A DNA stretch of 63,802 bases, filler included, from Choristocarpus tenellus KU-1152 (taxonomy: Eukaryota > Protista > Phaeophyceae), in NCBI GenBank assembly GCA_964200185.2. It is 11 parts of 11 records of this genome, joined end to end, with 100 filler letters (N's around TTAATTAATTAA, not from the genome) between each part and the next. Parts side by side here need not be neighbours in the genome. Positions count along the whole stretch, not along the records: positions 26,481 to 40,005 come from CAXNAD020001460.1; positions 40,106 to 44,529 come from CAXNAD020014607.1; positions 44,630 to 47,938 come from CAXNAD020020890.1; positions 48,039 to 52,619 come from CAXNAD020013922.1; 7 more parts are not named here. One strand, 5' to 3'. The position numbers and the translations under genes were made by a program. The notes below the pieces were generated by a model that was given only the letters and a program-made list of their open reading frames with translations, was not told the origin of the DNA and did no database searches. Of this stretch, positions 38,962 to 51,330 are shown piece by piece (within the stretch, counting starts at the first letter, position 1; every line of letters starts with the position of its first letter).

Positions 38962-39231
38962 GAGTGAAATTATCTAAGAGGGTAGAGCAGCGTCCGTTTC
39001 GGGGGCCAAAGCCCAACGTTGCGATGTTGATGTGATTTTGGCTATCGTGTTTGTTAGGAATTGCCAATATCCTTGTTCCGGACATATACATGATACATAC
39101 TCCAAAATGTATGCATTTTACCTACTCCAAAACCTTTCGGAGTAGGAAAATGTCATCAAGAAAAACCGTGGAAGCCAAGCCCCAAACAGATAAACAGGGC
39201 AAAAGTCCTTCCCTCTAAAATAATTTCACTC
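38962..39231 (-). mobile_element. MITE family A, full copy
   Basis: gagtgaaattatctaagagggtag ... tccctctaaaataatttcactc, in reverse orientation. Confidence 0.9.
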
Positions 39232-39443
39232 AGATGCTTAAACAACTCTTTGCTGCTGTGATAATATATCAACAGTATAGTTATAATAGTGTACATGAAC
39301 AAGGCACAGAATCATGACATGCCATCCAATCTGCATTGCAACCAGTCTCACTCATTCTTGAAGCTGAGCTTTTTTGCATGGTATGGTCTTCAGCTTATTG
39401 TTTTAGTTGTTCCTCAAACACACCTTGAGGCTGTGCTCATAAT

Positions 39444-39701
39444 GAGGGAAAGTACCTTAGAGGGTACCAGTTTTGCCCTATTTGTCCAGATGGGGCTTGA
39501 CTTCCCAGGGGTTTCTTATGACAATTTCCTACTCCGAAATGATTTGGAGTAGGTGAAATGTATACCTTATGAAAAGGTGTGTCCAGAGCAAGGATATTAA
39601 CACTTGCTAACAAACACGATAGCCAAAATTACATCAAAATTGCAACATTGGATTTTGATCCCCATTTGGACGTGGCTGTACCCTCTAAGACACTTTGACT
39701 C
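39444..39701 (+). mobile_element. MITE family A, full copy
   Basis: aat|gagggaaagtaccttagagggtac ... taccctctaagacactttgactc|aat. Confidence 0.9.
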
Positions 39702-39837
39702 AATTGCAGTTCTCCTCAGCCAAAACCAAACCATATCCCCCTCAGAAAGAACATCACCCACCCACTGATAGTATTTGGATACATAACAACCAAAGAGATC
39801 ATCTCAAGTCTGCTCTCCTTCACATGGCATCAACAAC

Positions 39838-39963
39838 TGGGTCAATTTTTTCAAGTCGCGATTCTTGTGTGATTTGGTTGCATACGTCAGATAGATAATG
39901 TAAATGCACTTTTCCTGATTTCGACCCAAAAGGACACCCTAGTGTAGACCCCCCCCCCCCCCC
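39838..39963 (+). mobile_element. MITE family B fragment
   Basis: gatttggttgcatacgtcagatagataat..ttttcctgatttcgacccaaaaggacaccctagtgtagaccccc matches 11560-11660 and 52500-52600. Confidence 0.75.
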
Positions 39964-40601
39964 CATCCTTTGGAAATCGGAGGAGCGTCGGGTGGGGAAA
40001 GAGGGNNNNNNNNNNNNNNNNNNNNNNNNNNNNNNNNNNNNNNNNNNNNTTAATTAATTAANNNNNNNNNNNNNNNNNNNNNNNNNNNNNNNNNNNNNNN
40101 NNNNNCCCCCCCCTCCCAGATACTTCGGGTCGAAGCCAATGGACTGGGAGGTCGAACTCTCGTTTCCCTGTCTTTTTGAGAAGTTGCACAGACTAGTCTT
40201 GCTCGTGTTTCGCTCTCTGAACGACTTCATCGTCTGCAAAGGTGGAATCCATGAGCACGAGAACATCAACGGTATGGAAGCATGAATGTTACTTTGTAAC
40301 CAGGCGTGAGGTTTCACAAATGCGCTCGGGGAGCATGCAGTGAGAGGGAGGGTGAATATTTCGTCGGATTTGTGTCTGTTGAGTACAAGACCGGTACCCT
40401 CAAAATATTTATCGGGAGTAATCTATAGTACTTTTTTATTGTGACATGCGACGATCACTATGCATGAGAATGGAATATTTTTCAAGATTGTTTTTGTAAA
40501 GGCTGTAAAGGCTGCCTCGTAGAGAAGTTGCACCAGATTTTTTTGGCTGCTACCGAATACAAAAATTAGCCATCAACTCCCCTCACGAAAAAATCGACTT
40601 A

Positions 40602-43525
40602 CCCAATGGGTACGCAGCAGTGATGCACTCGTGCGACGCCTGGTACCGCTGCTCCACCTTCAGGATGACGTCTTCGGGAACGCTCTTGAGCTGGTAGGGT
40701 GGTGCATCTTGGATAAGAGGCGGGTGGCCGATGAAGAGGTTGTGCGGAGGGGCGTTGGGGTCGATAGCAAGGTCTCCGCCTATCCCACTCCATTCGATGT
40801 TCTGCATGTATTGCTTCACGCTAACCTTAACCCGCCCATCACCGCCTTTTTCAATGCGAAAAGTCCTGTAGCTCGTGATATTGGGGACACGGTTGACGCG
40901 ACCGCGAAGGAGTCCCTTGAAGGTTCCCTCATTCCGTAGGTTGTTGCAGTATACTGGAACCTCCGTGTAAGAGGTCTGCAGCTCCTCACCCAGCTGTGTT
41001 CTTGTGAATATGTTCTTCATTTTATACCACCTGAGAACCTGAAGGTGAAATGCAAGCAAGTTAATTTTGAGGCGGGGGCGAAAGAAACGAAGTGGAGAAG
41101 CAATGTATATATGCAGGCACATGCTCCGATTCATGTATATGGAAGTATAGATATAAAAAGGGGTGATGCGTACTTTTTTCTATTGTTTTGTTTCGAGAGT
41201 AGGTTACGAAACAGTTTTGGCAGCTGCTCTTATCGTTCAATTTTGTTGGGGGGAAATCAAAAGCCAAATAATCAATTATAGTGTATGACCATAAACCTTC
41301 CATGGATACAACAAGCGTGAGCTGCAAGCCTCAAGGCAGTATCTGAACGTATCAAAACACTATGTGGCTATCGGACTTGTATATCTTGCCTAATTACCTG
41401 GAGAAGATCTGATCGCTTTTGATGTGCGTGTGCCGGACCATAATAAAATGTATCTCGACCACACGAATGACACTCGCCACGACCAACAGCCCCGCATATC
41501 CGAGAAATAAATTGTTCTTGTTCTCTGAGACGCAGTAGTCGACCTGGTCAGTTTGGGGAGTTGGGAGCGAGGGAGGGATAGGCGTGAGGCCGATATATCA
41601 GCCCATTTAGCCGTGTTTCGTGGAGGAACAGGGTATGTTTCCAGTACTGCTAGAGCGCAAGCTCTACATCACCGCCATCATACATGCAGGTTGCAACGCA
41701 TAAACCAAAACTAAAGTGCAGTTAGTTACTTGGTGACTGGTATTCAGCGAGTATGTGTTGAGTAGGTTGTGTCAAGATGAAACTTTCTTACCTGCCAATG
41801 CGCGTGCTGGATGATACAACTCCCCGCTAGATCGAGGCTGTTGTGGTACTTGTCGATAAGCCTTTTGAGGGCAAGGTGGGTGGCTGTGCAGACAAGGTTA
41901 CAACTTGTGCGAACAATGATGTCCGTCATTAGTTGGCAAATAGTACCATGCTTACTTACGCATTGTTTAATTGGAGCTAAAAAGAGGGGTAACGGAATTT
42001 GTTTTTGCAATGTAGAGCAAATTTAATGATCTTCGTAAATCCGCCAGGAGCATCATTCTGTTCGGGCCTCGCCACCATTTGCAGAAGCGGCAAAGGAGGC
42101 GAATCTACCATCATCATCATCATCATCATTGCGACGCGCTATAGACATACGAAGTACACACTTTTGCTACCAATGTCAGACCGGGCCCAGGGCCGCAGAG
42201 TAGGTTTACACGGCATTGCAATAACAGTTATTGTGTCTTCCTTCGTAAAAGCGACGAAGAGTATCATCATCAAAATTGTAGTCTTGACATAGCAAACGAA
42301 AAAAATAGCCCTTGGTACGAATCTTCAAATGTTCTTTTAACCACAATATCAGACCGGTTAAAGTAATAAACATCCACCACTCGAAATACTACTTCGATCC
42401 ACTTCTTCTACGTACTGCTGGGTCACACGTTTGGAGCTAACTCCAACACAGGGTGCGGCCAACATCTCCACAACCAAGGGCAAAACCTACCTCTTCGTTC
42501 GCGTCGTAGATCACAATTGTGGACTTGTGAGGCATGAACTGCCCGTATGTATCAGCCCAGTAGTCTATCCAGGACATCACCAGGTCTCGTTTTGGAGTCA
42601 TGTCCTTATCTTGTGCCGTTCCTGTTGTAGTAGCGCACGTATGTATATAAATGGATGGGAGATGTGTTGGGGAGGTGGATGCAAGGGACGGGGATGGAAT
42701 CCTAGAGGGATCGTATGCCAGCGTTCGGATCTCTAATTCTGTATATATTTACGCGTGGTAACTGCGCTGCAGCAGCGCGGGGACGGCCAGATGAGATGAT
42801 ATTTGGGCAGCATAAAAAAACATACCGCACGTTTATATACTCACATAGATAACACATAACTCCACGCTGGAGGGATCTCTAACTTTGTATATCAGACATC
42901 TAGGCGTGGTAACTGCAAAGTGAATGTGGTGAGAGTACGGTTGGATGACATTGTTCTGAGATAGGTCTATTGTTCAATCATCAAGCAGGGGGGGGAATAT
43001 ACTGGGTACAAATAACACTGTGTACCTACGTCAAACCCACCTCTCCACTCCGGTGGATGCTCTTGCGTTAGGTGTGCCTTTGCAAGCGTCGATGACATGA
43101 TTGGATATTCCGAACGATGCCTTGAGAAACTGCATACAGACGGGAATGCCGGCCGCGAGCATAGATCCGCCTCGAGGTCCAAATTTTATCACAGGTACAC
43201 AGTCGCCAACGAAGTGCTTGCGATCGCGGCGGTTCTCAAACGCCCGGATGATGTCCTGCTCTTTGGCCAATGTGCGTGCAAGGAAGGACTTGCTATCTGC
43301 CGCGAACTTCTTCACTAAGCGCTTGCAGCAGTCACCCTGTTTGTTGACCGGGATGGGTTCAGCCCATCCTTGGAAAAGCTTGGCGCCAGTCGCTGAAGTG
43401 TCATTGGTAGAAAGCTCCAGCGCATCATTGTTGGCGGGCTGGTGAGGGGGCAACACAGGGGGAGACGCAGGTGACAAAAGCCACCCCCTTGCTGTGGAAG
43501 CAACTGTCATAGTGTTTTCGGGCAA
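40602..43525 (-). pseudogene. Intron-containing Sola1/DUF7869-like DDD transposase, degenerate
   Basis: Exon-like pieces with GT-AG ends: about 43525-43040; 42621-42491 (KRDLVMSWIDYWADTYGQFMPH); about 41930-41791; 41543-41398 (VDYCVSENKNNYFLGYAGLLV..IHFIMVRHTHIKSDQIFSR, cf. DN..ENKN..FL.VGHTHEDIDQ.FS); 41038-40602 (VPNITSYRTFRIEK). There is a phase break and motif decay. Confidence 0.72.
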
Positions 43526-43584
43526 CAGGCGGTCTTGGGCAGTGAGAAGGTCTAGGAGTGATTAGATTCGAAGGCGGGTGTATG

Positions 43585-43901
43585 AACTTTGTTTGAGCTC
43601 CGGGCTATCCGTGGGACCACCCTGAGATCCATGATCCTGAAAATCCGTGTATTACGTTTTTAGGAAGTTGTAAATCCGATTGTATCCGTACTTACAAAAT
43701 TTTTATTATACAAATTACATACTTAATTGATATTGTATGTTTCTAATGTTCCGAACCCAACTTTGTTTGAGCTCTGGGCTATCCGTGGGACCACCCTGAG
43801 ATCCATGATCCTGAAAATCCGTGTATAACGTTTTTAGGAAGTTGTAAATCCGATTATATCCGTACTTACAAATTGTTTAAAATACAACGCACATACTTCA
43901 T
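43585..43901. repeat. Tandem duplication, 174-bp period, just 5' of the Sola-like transposase
   Basis: aactttgtttgagctc(c/t)gggctatccgtgggaccaccctgagatccatgatcctgaaaatccgtg.. occurs at 43585 and 43759. Confidence 0.92.
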
Positions 43902-44493
43902 TCATCTTGTCTGTTTCCAATGTTCAGTAACCAAAACGTCAATAAACAACTAGCACCCTCTACATTTTTGAAGTGCAAAATCTTACCAAATTGGACATTT
44001 GGATTCTTGTAAATTGTAGAGGCGACACAAAGTGGTTCTTTGAGTAAAACGGGTCCGATCGGATCCGTTTTACTCGTGAACACCCTAAACACGTGCGTTA
44101 GTATTTTGATAAATAGAAAATCCAGTTATAACCGTTCTTACAGTTTTTGAATATACCAAGAACACACTTTATGGGTCTCACACGTTTCCAATTTTCAGAA
44201 ACTAAAAGGACACTTCCAACTGGTACCCACAATTTATTTAAATACTAAATCCGCTTCTTGGCGTCTTTAGTATTTAAATAAACACTAGAGACCACATAAA
44301 AGTGGATCTATGGTATTAAAGATCCGTCCGGATCGCGTTTACCGTTGAACACCCAAAACACGTGCGTTAGGGTTTTTACGAAATTAGAATGATATTCTAG
44401 TCCTTACATCAACAAATCTAATTAAAAACCACATCCTTCATTGATCCACTACGTTCGAAAGGTACGAAGCGAAAAGGTCACAAAACCCTGTTA

Positions 44494-44529
44494 CAGTACC
44501 TACCCCGATTTTGTGCACCCATGGGCATG
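44494..44529. mobile_element. TA-CAGTA transposon terminus at contig end
   Basis: ta|cagtacctaccccgattttgtgcacccatgggcatg is the reverse complement of 6613-6648. Confidence 0.75.
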
Positions 44530-44722
44530 NNNNNNNNNNNNNNNNNNNNNNNNNNNNNNNNNNNNNNNNNNNNTTAATTAATTAANNNNNNNNNNNNNNN
44601 NNNNNNNNNNNNNNNNNNNNNNNNNNNNNTTAGTTACATCACATGGATTCAATTCAACACAATAATCTCATACACACAAAATAAGATACACTTCGCTATT
44701 GTCCTATTTTGCACAGCTTCGA

Positions 44723-44950
44723 CGATTGATTTCTCAGCTCACCACGATTAATTACTCGATTTGACGATTGATTTCCCAGCTCACCACGATTAATCAGTCG
44801 CTTCGATGATTGATTTCCCAGCTAACCACGATTAATTACTTGATTCCACGATTGATTTCCCGTTTTTTAAAAAACGATATTGTACCGCATCAATTCTGTA
44901 CCCTTTTTTCGGGCATGCCCATGGGTGAACAAAATCGGGCACCTACTGTA
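44723..44950. mobile_element. TA-CAGTA transposon end with 42-bp-period subterminal repeats
   Basis: gattgatttcccagctcaccacgattaat units begin at about 44723, 44765 and 44807, with a partial unit at 44849. They are followed by ttttttcgggcatgcccatgggtgaacaaaatcgggcacctactg|ta. Confidence 0.75.
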
Positions 44951-45121
44951 ATTGTCTCAGCTTATTATGTCAAAGATTGTTTTTTTCTCCACTGGAGGTG
45001 ATAATTGAAATGTGCGGCATAACCGAACATATTCGGATATATTTGAGAAGCTGCAGTTCTATAGTAGGAACAGTGGTGACTTCGAGGCTTCCTCAACCAT
45101 CTTCCTGCTGTGAGGACAGAT

Positions 45122-47795
45122 ATGTTTCCCAATTCAAGAGCAGGGGGAATGTATTACCCTAAACCGGAGGGAAATGGAAAGCGAACTAAAGTGGCGGTGG
45201 TTGCACTATCATTCATTCTCATTTTGGCATTGTTTGGTGCGTCAAAGATGACTGGATAGGGTAGTTCTTTGCGGAAGATAGTCCAACCCTGTGCTCAAAT
45301 TCAGCGGTTGCACTCTTACAACTATCTTCTTTGCTCTAATGGTACAACTCGTACTGCACTTGATTCGCACTTTGTTATGTATTGGAACTTGCAAAATGAA
45401 TTTGTCCGCAAAGATGCCAGTCTTAGCACTATAGGGACCACGAACCCATGACAAAACAGACGATTCTCTCATCTGTGTAGTGGTGTTACTCTCCACATGA
45501 GTAATTCCATCACGTGCTACACCTGCTCACAAGTGACGCAAACGTTTCACACTGCACGTCTTCCCTTTTTTTGTCTTCATAATCGTTTTCCTCTCTATAT
45601 CGTGGTGCATCTCGATCACAGCTATTCCGAGCATATCGAGGTTGATCTCCCATCCCAGTCCCATGCAGAGTGTCTCTACCATGGACTTGAGCGCTAAGAG
45701 CTGGAAGATTATGGTGATCAGTGACCTCGATAAGAAGGTATGGAGAGAGTCTTCAACTACACACCGTTTTGTTGGATGTCTCTATGCACCTAAGAGTAGG
45801 TCGAGGCACGGCAACTCAAGACGGCAACTTGGGACGATCATTATCATGTCTAATTCCTGGAAACTGTAGTACGCCTGGGCAAGAACTCCGACGTATCTAG
45901 AATTTGTTCTATCTTTACAGGGACTACATCTCTAACCATGATGCCCTCTGGTGACTTGAGATACCACTTCTTCGATACGAAATACACCTTCGTTGCACCG
46001 AAAGTCCTTCAATAGTCGCCCAAAGCTTGCGCGACAAAAAAATCCTGAGAGGCCGTGGAGAATTCAGTCAAGGGATGATGCATCAGAAGGTTTCTCCTAG
46101 TTTTATTATTGTGTGTTCGGTGTATCTGTGTTTAAAAAATAATATTGGCAGCCATGTAGCCCTCCCCCCAAACCCCCACCTCCACATCCATTTCCTCAAA
46201 AAATCGCCTCCGACGTTGCTACTGTTCAACCCAGAGCAAGGTGGATGACAGTGGCAAGTCGTTCAAGAGCATCCTTCTAGAAGGTGATCTGTCAAGGGTG
46301 GAAGCCGGCCTTGATGGTGCCTTCAAAATAGAGTGGGGGACGGAACGGGAACTACATTCGGGACACAATGAGGCCGGAAGGGGCATGGAACTCAGCGAGC
46401 TCGTCATGTTCCATGGGTAAGACACGGGTATCACGGGTTGCGATTCAGTGTCGTTCTCACTAGACAGTTACTGAGATGTCACTGCAGTTACTTTTGTTGC
46501 GGACGGCAACAAGACCGCAATCACATGCACGTATTCAAAGGAGTTGGAAGTAGCGTACTACAAGAGTTTAAGCCTGTAGCTTGAACAGTATGACTTGATA
46601 TGATTATACCATGACGCAACATGATCCAACTGTTCTCAAAAAAGTACTGACTTCTGTTGGTTACTTGTTCCTTCTCCCTCTGGACCTTGGTTCTTCTTTT
46701 CTCCAATGACGACGGCGTCCACATTTTTACGACCAAGGCAATTAAATGCAGTGCGGTCCAATTCAATTCGATGCAGTCTGTTCCGAATGCCATCAACATC
46801 TTACTCGGCAACGGTTTTTCTATCCAAAAAGGCGGGAATTCGATCGACTGAGAACACAAATGTTGCCACACCAACAAGGCGCCGTTCTTGGGGTTAGAAC
46901 CGGACATGCACTGGCAACTAGAACTCCTTGTATACTTCATTCACATAGTTTACTGCTGTAATCTGTTGTGGTTATGGCGGTTCCGTTTGGAATGGTGACT
47001 GGTGGTGCGAAAAAGAGGAACAGAAAACCTTGTACCAGGCCCGCTGTTGTTGATTGCACCTCCCCAGTATGGCAGTTTGCTGTTGTTGTGTGGGGCGGTC
47101 CTTGTTGGAGTGATGACCTGGTACATCTTCCACCGTTTGCTTCCACTTTCTGCTCACAGCTGGAATGGTGTCAACCAACATACTTTTTAAGAACAAATAG
47201 AAAAAATAAATAAATATACATACATATATATATATATTTATGTTTATGTATGTGTATATGTGTATATGTGTATATACTTTGTTGTTGTTGCACATTGCGT
47301 GTTTTTTTTTCTAATGTTATTTGCTTTCCAACAATGAAGAAGATTCAACTTTTTTCAATTTGCGAGTGTTGCCAAATCAGTGTAGACAAATCACAAGAAA
47401 AAGAAGTTTGCTTTGAACTCTTTTTCTGTTTTTCTGTTTTATTTTTTGATGTTGCCTGCCAATGCATCAATACATACACACACACACACACACAAATGGA
47501 CACACATGCATGCGCTTACTATATTGACTGTGACAATAGTGTTCTGAACACAATCATCCCTCTGACTGTACTGATGCCATTAGCGATTCTCATTATGTGC
47601 TCCCCCCCCCCCATTCCAGTTCACTCATGTACCCCTGTGGACGAACCCCCCTGCTGCCGCCTCTCCCTTTGTTTGCTCTCCCCCTTCCCCCTACTCTCCT
47701 TGATTGGGGCTCGACAGAAACTTAATGACAGTGGACGATCGATCAGGGATTGTGTTCGAGATTATTCGTGAGGGGGAATGGCACGTGGCTCCAAG
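45122..47795 (+). CDS. CANT1: Calcium-activated nucleotidase / apyrase (CANT1 family), 5' part
   Basis: Exons 45122-45236, 45622-45737, 46235-46416 and 47718-47795 splice in phase: MFPNSRAGG..KRTKVAVVALSFILILALF (type II anchor)..[65 protein letters not shown] and DDRxG are CANT1 hallmarks. Confidence 0.92.
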
Positions 47796-47858
47796 GTATG
47801 TGGAAGAACAGAGATGTTGCTTTTATGGGGATTGATATGAGGGTTTTGTGTCTGCGTG

Positions 47859-47938
47859 GGGTCAAAGTATCTGAGGGGGGGGGGGGAGTGTCGGCGTCCG
47901 TTATTCACCCTTTTTTCGATTTTCACTTTTTTTTGGTG
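47859..47938 (+). mobile_element. MITE family B left end at contig end
   Basis: gggtcaaagtatctgagggggggggggagtgtcggcgtccg matches the element at 10321. Confidence 0.8.
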
Positions 47939-48119
47939 NNNNNNNNNNNNNNNNNNNNNNNNNNNNNNNNNNNNNNNNNNNNTTAATTAATTAANNNNNN
48001 NNNNNNNNNNNNNNNNNNNNNNNNNNNNNNNNNNNNNNTTTTTTGCGCCCTCCCCCCCCCCCCCCCCCCCCCCTCCACTTTCCCTCCTCCTTCCCTGATT
48101 TGTTTTTTTTTTGTCATAG

Positions 48120-51100
48120 GTGGAAGTTCGCCCGGTCTGGCCTTTGAGGGTTTGTGGAAGCTAGACCCTTCTCAACGGCCTTGTAGGTGGTTTCAACAAG
48201 TTGTAGAAGAACCGAGGCCATGTGCAAGAGGAGGGCACTCTGCAACAGTTGTGGGGGATACTCTGTACATTTTTGGTGGGAACATAACGTCGGTGAGGGT
48301 TGGGGCTAGGAGTGTCTCATTTTTCCTTTTTTTTGGACTGTGTGATGGCTGTTGCTGATGAAGTATGTTGGAGATGCTGTTTGCATTGAGACTGTTTTGT
48401 GTCAGCTTTCATTGGTTGTGAATAGTGGGACTGGTGGTGGTAGTAGTTGTAGAGTTATTTCTATGTTAGTAGTAGTATTAGTGGTAGTCATTGTAGTGTT
48501 ATTTCATTTTAATAGTAGTATTAGTAGTAATAGTAGTAGTAGTTGTGTTATTATTATTATTAGTAGTAGTAGTAGTAGTAGTTGTAGTATTATTTCCATA
48601 TTAGAAGTAGTAACACACAATGATTATGATAGTGCTTAAAGCTTTTGCATTTGTTGGATTCATGATAGTGTTATTATTGTTGGAAGCGTCTAACTCATCG
48701 TATGAGCTTGGTTGGAATGTGTACTTGTATTGTATTCCATGGTGTACTTACCAAATCACTTGTTTTTTTTTGGAATGGGTAGACTGAGTGCTAGTCTTCT
48801 CCTAGGGTGTTTTTACTTTATACTTGTATTAGAACAGCAATGCTTCTTTTGATCAATGTAATGTTCATTGTGACATGCCAGTTGGACCTAAGCCTGCCAG
48901 GTGTTTTCACATTCTTACTATGACTATTTTTATTGCTATCATGACTGTTAGTAATGATAGTAATAATTTTCAGTGGTGTTGAAGTTGGAGCTGTATGGAA
49001 TGGGATTTGTCTTGTGTGCAGAGTTTGGATGTGGAAGAGAGATGTATTAACGCAGGGGACTTGATTCTTAGAGACATGATTTTTGACACTAATGGTTCTC
49101 TAAGCAATTAAGCAATGTACGTTTCCTTCATTATTCTGTGTGTTGTTTTTTCAATATCATTTTATATTGTATATATTTTACCCATTATTATTATTATTAT
49201 TAATTTTATGTTTTTGTTGTTTTACTGCCGCTGGCGATCCGATGGAGAAGGACAAACAAAGCCTATTGGTCAAGCCATCCCTTCCCTCCCCCCCCCCTGT
49301 GATAAGCACACATTTACGGAGAGAACAGTACATCTTGCATCAGGGAGATGACGGGTGTCATTTGCCAATCGAATTAGGCAAGAGATGTTTTGTGGGATGT
49401 GACCCATTTTTCGCTGGAGAGGACGGTTTCATTGCCCCCGCACACTTGCTATCTACCTCATTATGGAGTCGACTGGAATTCCCCCCTGTGTTGCTTTGTC
49501 CCAGATGGTGTTCAATGACCTGTGGTCGATTGATCTTCCGGTGACAAAGGGAAGTCAGTGGCGAGAACTTCCTGTGACGCATGAGTTCCCCCCTCCTAGA
49601 ATTGGTCATAGCGCGGTAGCGATGGGCGATCGAATTATTCTCTTTGGGGGCCGAGACTTTTCGACTGGTGAGAGAAGTGGCAGATAGAACGGTTTTTGGA
49701 TTTTGGTGGTGTGAAATTTGATGGAAGTTGATGTGATTTGATGGAAGTGGTTTCGTGGTGTTGTTGGGGAGAGGAGAAAAAAGAGAAGAAAAAAGAAAAG
49801 GGCGTAAGATTTGTTGTTGACTGGAAAAGGTACATCTTGTTGTTGTTATCGCATCGGTGTGATTCTGTTCAAGTTTTTTTTGTTGTCTAATTTTCTGGGA
49901 TGTGTTTGTCCCTTACTGTTGTGGGTGTTGTTCGCATTGGTATTGTCGATTATATAGTATGGTTGTTATTTGTGTAGTTAAGTGTTGTTTTTTTAATAGT
50001 TGTAGCAAGTCTGAGGCCTTGGAGGAGAGGTTGAGGTGAAGCAGGACTACAAGTACTTGAAGAATTGTGCAATGCAAGATGAGGCGTACGTATATTTTGA
50101 AAAAAAAATTAAATACATCCTTCTTTGTCTGCGAGCCCTTAACGTCTGACACTGCTAAACCACTTTTCAACTGCTTGATACAGGTATTTAGCTCGGTGAT
50201 CATAATGCTACTAATAATATACATTTTTTTGTCTTTCCATCACGAGTGTAGGCAGTTACGCGTAACATAACGCCTTCCTTTTTTGCCTTCAATGTATTTT
50301 TTTGTTGTTGTTGCTGTTGAAGATTCAACCCTACTGTGACTGTAAACCCATTTTGCCCCTACCCAAGGACTTTTGTTTGAAATAGCACACGACCCTTACA
50401 TTGTAGTTAGAGGTGGTTTGTCGACAAGAATCTATGATTAAATGTCCTCTTTCATTGACCTCTCGTTCTAGTTGTGTTGTTGTTGTGACAAGGGGCGGGG
50501 GGGGGATTGGGACACTTATTTTGTCATCATGATTTGACTCAGGCACGTGGACATGATCATGTACTTTAGGCCTGAAGTCTATGTCTTGGGTGTAGAGGAG
50601 CCTTATTTTGTCCATTCCTTTGGTCTGTCTGTTCATCCTCTCAGTAGATGCAGTGCTCGAATCACGCCTTCCTTCCCCTCATGGGCATTTTTTTTATTTT
50701 TCAATTTTTTTTGTGTACTCTCAAGGAAGAAAAAGAATATGAAAGAAGAAGGTCCACAGGTCACAGCCCACACCCAATTGGACAGAGTGCGTCCATCCCC
50801 ATCATCCCCCCCGAAAGGTGTCGCGTTAAAATTATTCCTCCAATGCTTAGACCTCACTCAAGTAGAACATGCTTTTAGGGTGTGCTGGGGGGGGGGGTAG
50901 GGATACATCATTCTTCCTGGCTACTTCAATAATAGCTCCTGTGGTTGTTCCTTGGGTGATAGATACTCTCCCTTGCTGTGATGTCTGCATCATCTTCACA
51001 GTCCTTGGCTCACCCCCCCCCTCTTTTTGCTTCCCATATTCTTACCATCTATTGGAATATATATGTCCCTGGGTCATCACCCCACCTTGAGATCGCTTCT

Positions 51101-51330
51101 CCCTGGGTGTGAGGTACTTTGATGTCAAATTAGGCGAGTTCACGCCCTCCAAGCTCTCATCAAAAATGCCTGTACAGAGAAGGGCATGGTCGGCTAGGAA
51201 GAGCACTGGTCACTCTGCAGTGGTCTGTGAGGAAGGGCTGATCATCTTTGGGGGTCTAACCCCAAGTGGTAAATCGAGCAGTCTGACCTGGCTGCTGGAT
51301 GTTGTTGGTTCGGGCGAGAAAGATGATTAG
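48120..51330 (+). CDS. Kelch-repeat protein, 3' part
   Basis: Exons 48120-48292, 49505-49667 and 51092 (or 51134)-51330 give PCARGGHSATVVGDTLYIFGG, FNDLWSID..W..PPPRIGHSAVAMGDRIILFGG and TGHSAVVCEEGLIIFGG..TWLLD..stop. Confidence 0.88.

Noticed and set aside
44723-44861. CRISPR-like array (30-bp repeat plus 12-bp spacer)
   Set aside because: The spacers are too short and resemble each other, there are only 3-4 units, no cas genes are present, the context is eukaryotic, and the array abuts a transposon TIR.
46650-46900. Protein-like minus-strand stretch inside the CANT1 intron
   Set aside because: It has an internal stop and no recognisable motif, so it is probably TE debris.
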